A stretch of DNA of 64,000 bases from a virus. The position numbers were made by a program, and so were the translations under genes. The stretch lies in IMG/VR virus record IMGVR_UViG_3300045051_000531; one strand, given 5' to 3'. Shown piece by piece: positions 56,504-64,000 of this stretch (positions are counted from its first letter, which is position 1; the number at the start of each line of letters is the position of its first letter). The notes under the pieces are model-generated. The model was not told where the DNA came from. It saw nothing but the letters and a program-made list of their open reading frames with translations, and did not search any database.

Positions 56504-58981
56504 ATGTCATATCTCGGGATCACCGGACCGACAAGCGGGCCATCGCAGAACAGCTACCTGTCAGCTGGGTTCTTCAACCAGCCGCATTACCTGGCTATCG
56601 GCACCGTGTTGCTTGGACTGCAGTCCGGGCAGTACTACGACGTCGCGCTCGATGGAAACAACGGACGCGTCCTGGCGTCCTATCTGGGCACAGGCCGCGG
56701 TCTCCTCGGGGTCAGCGAAGCTGGCGGAATCCTGCCAGGTGAGCGTGTCGTCGTAGCGGTATCGTTCGGGTCATCGATGCCTTCCGTCATCGTGGCCAAG
56801 ATGGACTACGCCAAGGCTGGCGACTACAAGTGGCCCTGCCAGCAGCTCACCTATCCGCAGGTCGCCGGCTTCGCAGTTGGCGAACGGATGTCGGGTCGGA
56901 CATACAGCGATTACCCGCGGCTGCAGACCATGACCACGGGGCTCGTCGACGCCCTCGACGGTGAATGGCACCAGCACAACATGTTCGGCGCCGGTGTCGG
57001 TGTCGAGATGTTCCGCAGCTATATCCGCGGTGGCCCAGCCGCGGGGTTGTTCTGCTACTCCGAAGACCAGCACGTCCGCATCATGGGCGCCAAGCTGGAG
57101 TTCGTGACGTTCGGTGAATCGTCAGACGACACCATTGTTGGGACCACGACGTCTAAGGTCGTCAAGCGGTACTTCTACGGTGGCGACCAGCTCGCCGGGT
57201 TCCAGGCACAGGGCTTCGATGCCTTCGGTCCCGTGTTCGGTGGCCACCAGGACATCGTGACGTACCCAGATGGGCTCAATGGTTCCGGCCCCAAGGAAGA
57301 CGGCTCCGTAGGTGAGAGCCGGGTTGCCATGATCCACGAGCATCGTGGGCTCGATGGCAGCTACATCCTGACCGCCGCGAACAGCTTGACGCTGCAGAAG
57401 TGGCTCGAAGTCGCGGTTCCCATCGATATCCGGGAGGCCTCGGCCGTCATTGCCCGCAAGAAGGCTGAAGCCGAGGCCAAGGCTGCAGCTGAGGCAGCAG
57501 CTCAAAGCGGTGAAGAGGAAGTCGTTGTCGAGGATACCTGCGGCTGCGATGCCTGCGAGCTGACCGCTGACCCGATCATCCCAGGGGTCACGGTTCCTGT
57601 CGAGACTCCGACGGAGCCTGGCGAAGAGCCAGAGACCTGTGTCCCGACTCCGAACAAGACCCGATTCACGACGTCGTCGACCCCGAACCCGCTGGCGTTC
57701 GCTATGAATGCGCGTGGGTTCGCGGAACGCCTCGTGATCTGGCAGTCCATCGGCGGCTTCGGCAACCTCTGCGATCAGTGGGGCTACGGGACCACGCCGA
57801 CCAAGCTGTACGGTGGCCGGACCTCCAAGCAGCTGACCTGGAGCAAGTCATCGGCGATGTGGAAGAGCATGCCGCAAACCGTCAAGCTGGCTCTGACGCC
57901 AGATGGTCAGGGCAAGCGGTTCTACTTCGGGCGCGCCCTGATCTCGATCACTGAAGATGGCTCCATCGTGCTCCAGGATGCCCAGGGCAGCCAGATCATG
58001 ATGTCCGGTGGCAACATCTATATGTCGGCGAACCACGACGTGATCCGGGTGGCCGGACGGAACCTGCTCGACATCGCTGGCCGCGACGCCGCACTTCGCG
58101 GTGGTCGTCACGTCGAGATCAACGCCAACGAGGGTCACCTGACTGCGGCTGCCGCTGGGCAGGTCAGCGTGGTTGGTGGCCGGGATGGTCACAGTGGCGT
58201 CATCATTGAATCCCAGGGCAACTACCACGGCACCAACGAGACCGGTGAGAACCCCGCGACGTCTGGTGGCGTCATCATCAAGGCTCGCGGATTCGTCGGG
58301 GTCAGTGCTGGCAACATCACGCTGCGGTCCCGTGTCGAAACCGGGTGGTCCGCGAAGGCCGACGGCTCCGGCTCGATCTCATTGGACTCCGAAGGTCCGA
58401 TCAGCTGGGGCGCCGAGGATAGCGGCGGTGGCTTCGGCAACATGGTGTGGGCCGGTCTCGGCAAGAACTCGTCGGACGGGTTCCGGTTCGGTCGCGGTAC
58501 CGCGGCGTTCAACTTGGACGTCATCACCAACAAGGCCCTGACGTTCCGCACGATGCGGCGCATCGCTGGCCGTGGTGCCGACGTCATCGAGAAGGAGTGC
58601 TACGAGGGCTTCGCGCGCAATGCCGAGCTCCGCGAGGCCTGGTGGGATTTCCAGAACAACCCGCTGTTCATGAAAGACGCGTTCAAGGTGAAGTGGCTGA
58701 CCTCGGCTCAGTACAACATGAACAGCACGTTGTACTTCCAGATCCCGGAGCCGGAGTGGCAGCTCAGGGCGCGGGATCACGTCGATTCGTCATCGACGAT
58801 CCTGAACTCGGTCATGATCGACCAGGACATCGATGGGACCTCACCGCTCCCAGGCAACCAGCGCTGGAACGACGGCATGGCCATCATCGAGTACAGCAGC
58901 CCGAACTTCAACACGACGCCGGTGCTCAAGATCTCCGTGGACAACTACCCGCTCGATGGTTCCCTCCTCAAGGGCATCTGA
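56504..58981 (+). CDS. baseplate spike protein (gp5/VgrG-like)
   Basis: OB-like N-terminus PGERVVVA; beta-helix ISITEDGSIVLQDAQGSQIMMSGGNIYMSA. Confidence 0.65.
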   Translation: MSYLGITGPTSGPSQNSYLSAGFFNQPHYLAIGTVLLGLQSGQYYDVALDGNNGRVLASYLGTGRGLLGVSEAGGILPGERVVVAVSFGSSMPSVIVAKMDYAKAGDYKWPCQQLTYPQVAGFAVGERMSGRTYSDYPRLQTMTTGLVDALDGEWHQHNMFGAGVGVEMFRSYIRGGPAAGLFCYSEDQHVRIMGAKLEFVTFGESSDDTIVGTTTSKVVKRYFYGGDQLAGFQAQGFDAFGPVFGGHQDIVTYPDGLNGSGPKEDGSVGESRVAMIHEHRGLDGSYILTAANSLTLQKWLEVAVPIDIREASAVIARKKAEAEAKAAAEAAAQSGEEEVVVEDTCGCDACELTADPIIPGVTVPVETPTEPGEEPETCVPTPNKTRFTTSSTPNPLAFAMNARGFAERLVIWQSIGGFGNLCDQWGYGTTPTKLYGGRTSKQLTWSKSSAMWKSMPQTVKLALTPDGQGKRFYFGRALISITEDGSIVLQDAQGSQIMMSGGNIYMSANHDVIRVAGRNLLDIAGRDAALRGGRHVEINANEGHLTAAAAGQVSVVGGRDGHSGVIIESQGNYHGTNETGENPATSGGVIIKARGFVGVSAGNITLRSRVETGWSAKADGSGSISLDSEGPISWGAEDSGGGFGNMVWAGLGKNSSDGFRFGRGTAAFNLDVITNKALTFRTMRRIAGRGADVIEKECYEGFARNAELREAWWDFQNNPLFMKDAFKVKWLTSAQYNMNSTLYFQIPEPEWQLRARDHVDSSSTILNSVMIDQDIDGTSPLPGNQRWNDGMAIIEYSSPNFNTTPVLKISVDNYPLDGSLLKGI

Positions 58982-58982
58982 C

Positions 58983-59615
58983 ATGGCTACGATCCCAACT
59001 GAATCCGAGCTCTCCGAGCTCATGACTGCGTCGCCACAGCCAGCCACGGAACAACCCGTGAATCGGCACAAGTTCCTGGATCGCAAGGCGCCTCCGGGCA
59101 TGCCGGATCCAACACCTGAAGTCGTCGAGCGGGCCCAGGTTCTCGTGAATGGTGCCGCCTCAGGTTCCATGGATTCCAAGCAGGTCGTGGAGTCCGTGAC
59201 GACGCAAGACGACAGGCTCCGGTTCCTGGCTCACCTGCTCGGCGGGATCCCGTACCGGAAGACCTACGAGATCCTGGGCGGTGCCCAGGCCGTGACGTTC
59301 ACGACGATCTCCGCTGTGCTCGACACAGCTCTCGCCAAGCTGGCACTCGAAGATGCCAAGGAACACCGCAAGGCGAAGTACCTGGACTACCTGATGCTGG
59401 CGTCGCTGCTGTCCGTGCGAACCGGAGACTCTGTTGTGGAGTTCGCTCCTGATGCCGATCCCAAGGCGTTCCGGGTAGCCTACGAGGCCTGGTTTGTTGA
59501 CCTGAACCGGGAGCAGTACCTCGTCCTGCGCGGCCTCTTCGACCGGTTCCGTGGTGAGCTCGATGCCATGCTCGGGAAGGTCGACGACCCAAGTTTTTGG
59601 CCGACCCCCTCGTAA
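58983..59615 (+). CDS. tail assembly chaperone (G-like)
   Basis: helical, ends DDPSFWPTPS over a T-run; ATG 58983. Confidence 0.55.
   Translation: MATIPTESELSELMTASPQPATEQPVNRHKFLDRKAPPGMPDPTPEVVERAQVLVNGAASGSMDSKQVVESVTTQDDRLRFLAHLLGGIPYRKTYEILGGAQAVTFTTISAVLDTALAKLALEDAKEHRKAKYLDYLMLASLLSVRTGDSVVEFAPDADPKAFRVAYEAWFVDLNREQYLVLRGLFDRFRGELDAMLGKVDDPSFWPTPS
59574..59598 (+). other. candidate -1 programmed frameshift (SD-like GGGAAGG, 10 nt, AAGTTTTT)
   Basis: downstream ORF is in -1 frame and lacks a well-spaced RBS. Confidence 0.55.
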
Positions 59616-59986
59616 CCGCGACCGTTGACGCCGTTACCAGGGGGTACCTGGATCTCAGGACCTACGAGGACACCCCGCGCTGGTGGGCCCAGGCCCGGTT
59701 GCGGATCCGGGCTTCGAAGCGGGTCACCGACATCGCCACGGCGACCCTGGAAGCCCAGCGGCTCATCGCCGAGGTAGCCGTGCCTGGGATCCGCATCGAA
59801 GAGGCTCGCCGCGTCGCCAAGGACGCCGTGCAGGTCGTCCGGGATCTCATGTACCCCTGGGCGAACGGGTTGCCGGCCGGCGGGGGTGACGATCTCGACC
59901 TTTTGGCGCGCTGGTATATCCTGAATGCTCCAGACCGTCTCCGTGCCCTTGGAGTAGACTTTGGCCCGCTTGAACCCACTTCTTGA
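59597..59986 (+). CDS. T-like extension of tail chaperone
   Basis: -1 frame relative to 58983-59615. Confidence 0.5.
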   Translation: MADPLVTATVDAVTRGYLDLRTYEDTPRWWAQARLRIRASKRVTDIATATLEAQRLIAEVAVPGIRIEEARRVAKDAVQVVRDLMYPWANGLPAGGGDDLDLLARWYILNAPDRLRALGVDFGPLEPTS

Positions 59987-60371
59987 CGGAGAGCCTGAGG
60001 ATTACGACCCCTTGGCCGGTGCCGAGGCCCCCTCTGGCGATTCCGCGCCAGCGGCCAAAATGAACCCACTGCTGGATGAGGTCTCCAAGCCCGGAGTTCC
60101 TCAGAAACCAGATATCGAGGTACGTCGTCCCGATGCCAGTAACGCCGCGGCCACGCTCGCCACAGAACTCACACAGCCGGGCACGCGAACGTCGCCCGCG
60201 GAGGCCGCGATGCGTCCGCGCTCAGAACCAGAAGCCGTGAAGCCGGCGCCACCTCAGGAGGCCAAGCCGGATCCCCGCATCGACGCCTTGATGCGCGAGC
60301 AGGTCGGCCTGAACTTCAAACCGCTGATCACGCGACGCGGCTCACTTCGCGAAGGGCCAGGAGTCGGCTAA
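59961..60371 (+). CDS. hypothetical Pro-rich protein
   Basis: TTG with GGAG RBS 6 nt upstream. Confidence 0.5.
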   Translation: MARLNPLLDGEPEDYDPLAGAEAPSGDSAPAAKMNPLLDEVSKPGVPQKPDIEVRRPDASNAAATLATELTQPGTRTSPAEAAMRPRSEPEAVKPAPPQEAKPDPRIDALMREQVGLNFKPLITRRGSLREGPGVG

Positions 60372-60886
60372 TGGCACTCATCACCGGTTGCAGTGGAGCC
60401 AACGGACGCCTGATCCGCGTCAACGCGCAGGTCGCCCTGCCGCTGACGCTGTCGTTGTCGTATCCGTCCACGACGGGTGGGACGACCGAAGGAGTCCCCG
60501 GGACCCAGCTGAACAACAGCGGGCAGACCGTCCTGAGCCAGATCGGTGTGGTCACCAGGTTGCGCGCCAGCCAAGAGGTCGCCGCACAGTTTCAGAACGC
60601 GTTGACCGATGTGATCTACATTACGCCGTTCGGCGACAAGCCTGGAACCATCGAGCTCACGTTTGTCGCCAATAGGTCCTGCGACGGTTCCAACGGCGCC
60701 GGCCTCGGGGTCATCCAGCACTACCTGGATCGTCGCCTGATGCCGTTGGCCAACAAGCGCCCCGCCACCATCATCATTGGCCCCGGCGTGTTCCGGAGCT
60801 ACTTGATCAGCATGGTCATCGACGCTGAGTCCAGCGGAGTCCAGCTCGTCCAGGGAACCCTTGTCTTCCGCGGGTGGCCACAGTGA
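60371..60886 (+). CDS. tube-like baseplate initiator protein (probable)
   Basis: IYITPFGDKPGTIELTFV pattern of tube-fold baseplate proteins. Confidence 0.5.
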   Translation: MALITGCSGANGRLIRVNAQVALPLTLSLSYPSTTGGTTEGVPGTQLNNSGQTVLSQIGVVTRLRASQEVAAQFQNALTDVIYITPFGDKPGTIELTFVANRSCDGSNGAGLGVIQHYLDRRLMPLANKRPATIIIGPGVFRSYLISMVIDAESSGVQLVQGTLVFRGWPQ

Positions 60887-61335
60887 TCAACAGCTTCTTG
60901 GTGACGTTGACGAACACGGAGACCCCGCCGGTGAATCCGAACAGCACAGGCGGCAACGTCCTGTGGCCGGATAACGTGCTCGTGAAGACCTACACGGGTC
61001 CCGCTGAGCTCGCCCGCACCGTGCTGTTCGACAACGAGTCCGACGACCTGAAACGGTTCCTGACTGCGATCCAGCTGCTGTGGGTCGTCGAGAACAGCGT
61101 ACTGGCTCCGCTCATCACAGCTGATGACCCCAGGATCTCGTACACCAAGGAGCAGCTTCTCGGGCAGTTCACCATGGCGGTCTATACGCCGCAGCAGATC
61201 TCCAGGATTCTGGGTTCATTCGACGACATCCCAGCGTTGCAGTTCTTGCAGGGCGACCTCCTGGTGACCTACCGCAGCGCGTTGTCTCGCATGGACAAGC
61301 TGGCCGCCATTATCTCGTACTTCGGGGTTCGCTGA
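60883..61335 (+). CDS. baseplate-module hypothetical protein
   Basis: GTGA overlap with upstream gene. Confidence 0.5.
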   Translation: MINSFLVTLTNTETPPVNPNSTGGNVLWPDNVLVKTYTGPAELARTVLFDNESDDLKRFLTAIQLLWVVENSVLAPLITADDPRISYTKEQLLGQFTMAVYTPQQISRILGSFDDIPALQFLQGDLLVTYRSALSRMDKLAAIISYFGVR

Positions 61336-62849
61336 TGGGGACCTCGGCGACCGTTATCCCAGCCACGGCCCGCCTCGTCACGCGAGGTGGTGCCTACGAT
61401 ATCCAGAGCGTCCAGGCATCGTTCAACTCGAACGGCGTCAACGTCTGCATCGTCAGCCTGGCTGTTGGTCGCAAGGAGACCGGAACCGCGATTGTCTCCG
61501 TTGGGTTCAAGCGCGGTGACGAGGCCCGTGTCGAGATCTCGAATGCGGCTCCTACGACGACACAGAACGTCAGGTTCGGGCTGCCCTTCAACAAGACCGA
61601 GTTCACGCTGTTCGATGGAGTCATCGACGACTTCGGGCCGTCTGATCTCAGCTTCGGCAGCTTTTCGATTCAGGTCAGGATCTTCGGTCGTCTGGCGTAC
61701 CTGGCCTCTGGAGCCCTGGACTCCTCGAACATCGTTCCGAAGTCGAACCAGGACACCGCGATTCTCTGGGCCTACGGGCAAGCCGGAGAGGACTCCCCCG
61801 GTCGCATCAACATGGCTACGGCCAGCCAGGACTTCTGGCACGGGCTCAAGGTGGCCCTGAACAACATCGCGTCGATGCGGCGGGCCCCGAAGAACAGCAC
61901 GACACAGTTCATCCAGGATAAGTTCGGCGAGGACGGCAACATCGAGGCTCAGCAGGTCTTCAGCGAGATCACGGGGTCCCTGCTGTGGCGCGACCAGGCT
62001 GAGGCCTACGCGCCAGGCATCGTCACCAGCATGAACGAGTACATGATGCGGCAGTGGTTCATGGAACCGTTCCTGCACCGCATCGCGGCGTTCGGTGAGA
62101 TGCTGCACTTCCGTATCCTGGAGAACGGGTCCGGTATCAAGGTGGTCCCCTACCACCCATTCTTCCGTCGCCGCGACGCCTACGACATCGGGCCAGACAC
62201 GTTCGACAAGTTCTCCTGGCAGATCGGCGAGTACCGGAGCTACGCTGGTGCCGTGTTGGTCGATGGTTCCGGACATGACCAGTCCCAGATCACCACGGGA
62301 CGGGTCGCCGGGTACTACAAGATGCGTGGGACCCCGCTCGGCCAGGTCCACGTTGGCACCGTGCCTGGGTTCCTCACAGGAATCACGGAAGCCATGAGCA
62401 CCGGCGGCGACGGTGTCAGATCCTTCAATGGATCCCCCGATGACACCGCGGCCCGCGCTGGTGCCATCACGATTCCGAATCGGTTCGCCAAGATCCTGAC
62501 CTGGGATCTGAACTACAGGAACCGTAAGTTCACAGTTGAGTGTCCCTTCATGCGCTCCGACATCGGGCCTCTAACTGCCATCCGGGTCTCGTTTCCGAAT
62601 GTCCCCGAGATCGTGTTCGCGGCAACGACTCCGGCGGTCTACGGGTCCGTGGAGTCCGTGGACATCGTGTTGGATGCCGCGCAGGGCTACGCGAGGACCA
62701 GGTACACCTGCAACTGGGCCCGTTCCTACGATCAGCAGGAGTACCTGATTGACCCCGACCTCGGGGCCGGAGAGCACCCCTTCTTCACCACGAACTACAT
62801 CGGCGGACGCCTGGACTCCACACAGAGTCGCGGCGTCAGTGCGGGGTAA
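61335..62849 (+). CDS. baseplate hub-like protein
   Basis: beta-rich, FTLFDGVIDD and YGSVESVDIVLDA segments typical of gp27-like hubs. Confidence 0.5.
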   Translation: MGTSATVIPATARLVTRGGAYDIQSVQASFNSNGVNVCIVSLAVGRKETGTAIVSVGFKRGDEARVEISNAAPTTTQNVRFGLPFNKTEFTLFDGVIDDFGPSDLSFGSFSIQVRIFGRLAYLASGALDSSNIVPKSNQDTAILWAYGQAGEDSPGRINMATASQDFWHGLKVALNNIASMRRAPKNSTTQFIQDKFGEDGNIEAQQVFSEITGSLLWRDQAEAYAPGIVTSMNEYMMRQWFMEPFLHRIAAFGEMLHFRILENGSGIKVVPYHPFFRRRDAYDIGPDTFDKFSWQIGEYRSYAGAVLVDGSGHDQSQITTGRVAGYYKMRGTPLGQVHVGTVPGFLTGITEAMSTGGDGVRSFNGSPDDTAARAGAITIPNRFAKILTWDLNYRNRKFTVECPFMRSDIGPLTAIRVSFPNVPEIVFAATTPAVYGSVESVDIVLDAAQGYARTRYTCNWARSYDQQEYLIDPDLGAGEHPFFTTNYIGGRLDSTQSRGVSAG

Positions 62850-62850
62850 T

Positions 62851-63621
62851 ATGCCTGACGAGAAACCATACACGATCCACGAGGCCTGGGACGACCGCAC
62901 CAAGAAGCGGAAGCCAACGCTTCCGTCTTACGACACCTGGGTGAAGGAGCAGACTCCGCAGAATCTCAAGGCGGTGATTGCTGACCTGACCCCGGATATC
63001 GACGGAGCCGTCGAACACTTCCTGGGCCCCCAGGCGTCCCCAGTGCTCCGGCAGCGTGCCAAGCTGCTCGCCGCGAAAGCGGTGCGGACCTACGATCCCA
63101 AAATGGGAGCCGCGTTGCGGACCCATGTGACCTCGAACCTCCGAGCTCTGCAGCGCATGGCGCCCGCAGTTACTGATCCCCTGGCGCCGCCTGAGCGGTT
63201 CCGTCGGAACCAGCTCGAGATCTCGAAGGCGTCTGAGCTGCTCAAGGAGCAGCTGCATCGTGACCCGACCGATGAGGAGATCGCTGATCTCACCAAGTTG
63301 CCGGAACGCCGGGTCACCAAGGTCCGGTCCAGGATGCGCGCCAGGATCCCGATGTCGTCGCAGGAGTCCGAGGATGACGACGACGCCCCGGACATCGTGG
63401 GTTCCGAGCACACCGACTACGACACCTGGACTGACGCCGTGTACCACGATCTCGGTGAGCTCGACCGGCTCATCATGATGCATCGCACCGGGTACCGGAA
63501 CGCGGATGTCCTTTCAACGACGGACATCGCGAACAAGCTGAACATGAGTGCGCCAGCGGTGAGCCAGCGGGCCCGTCGGATCCAGCAACGCTTGGACAGC
63601 TTCTATGCCTCTCCACGCTGA
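62851..63621 (+). CDS. sigma70-family factor (FliA/SigF-like regions 2, 3, 4)
   Basis: AVRTYDPKMGAALRTH (region 2), LHRDPTDEEIADLTKL (region 3), LSTTDIANKLNMSAPAVSQ (region 4 HTH); start ATG 62851. Confidence 0.85.
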   Translation: MPDEKPYTIHEAWDDRTKKRKPTLPSYDTWVKEQTPQNLKAVIADLTPDIDGAVEHFLGPQASPVLRQRAKLLAAKAVRTYDPKMGAALRTHVTSNLRALQRMAPAVTDPLAPPERFRRNQLEISKASELLKEQLHRDPTDEEIADLTKLPERRVTKVRSRMRARIPMSSQESEDDDDAPDIVGSEHTDYDTWTDAVYHDLGELDRLIMMHRTGYRNADVLSTTDIANKLNMSAPAVSQRARRIQQRLDSFYASPR

Positions 63622-64000
63622 CACCATCAAGTTCCTGGAGGGCAGGAACAAGTTCAGAAATGAGCTCGCCGCGGCCCTGACCGGGAAGCCGCAGGAGAAC
63701 GCTGATGGCAGCGAGCAGGAGCCCGAGCCTGTAGTGGACCCGGCGACTGCTGATGTCATCTCGGACTCCGATGGTACCGACTACGAGCCCATCCCACCTG
63801 CCACCGAGGAGAACCCGGATCCTGCGGCTGGTTCGGGGTGCGTGCTGCCGGCTCGCGGTGAATCCGATGGTGAAAAGAAGTGCACCAACGTGGTCGTCAG
63901 GCTCGCCGAGGTCACCCCGATCACGATGCTCCGGGACCCCAAGGGTTGGCCGAACTCGGACAAGCTGTACGAGGATCACCGGCTGGCTCTGGACCGCATG
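63605..64000 (+). CDS. partial hypothetical protein running off window
   Basis: ATG 63605, 132 open codons to end. Confidence 0.6.
   Translation, partial: MPLHADTIKFLEGRNKFRNELAAALTGKPQENADGSEQEPEPVVDPATADVISDSDGTDYEPIPPATEENPDPAAGSGCVLPARGESDGEKKCTNVVVRLAEVTPITMLRDPKGWPNSDKLYEDHRLALDRM

Noticed and set aside
51367-62849. Tailocin/eCIS/T6SS locus
   Set aside because: Portal, protease, scaffold and capsid genes are present, so this is a complete virion module
1-64000. tRNA, rRNA, terminase, integrase, chimallin or PhuZ genes
   Set aside because: None recognisable in this window; absence here says nothing about the rest of the genome

Overview
The window is one + strand, GC-rich (roughly two-thirds GC by eye) virion-morphogenesis region of a large myovirus-type tailed phage. 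It is not a bacterial chromosome segment. In order it holds: a tail-fibre-like gene and a lysis cassette (holin-like genes plus an overlapping, dual-coded spanin-like pair); about 20 predicted internal-head proteins; portal; a multisubunit RNA polymerase; prohead protease, scaffold, decoration protein and major capsid protein; a TPR/GT41 (OGT/SPINDLY-like) glycosyltransferase; neck, sheath, tube and baseplate genes; and a sigma70-family factor inside the baseplate module. The internal-head proteins carry K-x-A motifs, glycine-zipper membrane helices and enzyme domains (NUDIX, HExxH). The polymerase is encoded as a beta+beta'(N-half) fusion plus a separate beta'(C-half). The strongest candidates for an undescribed system are four. 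(1) A cysteine-free, zinc-site-less two-chain RNAP sits among protease-processed, membrane-anchored, cysteine-free core proteins, suggesting an injected transcription and membrane compartment. (2) A +1-frame lipoprotein/TMD gene overlaps a TMD/beta-barrel-like gene. (3) A separately promoted protein O-glycosyltransferase follows the capsid gene. (4) A -1 frameshift tail-chaperone pair is not followed by a tape measure gene. All assignments come from motif recognition by eye; no database searches were run.
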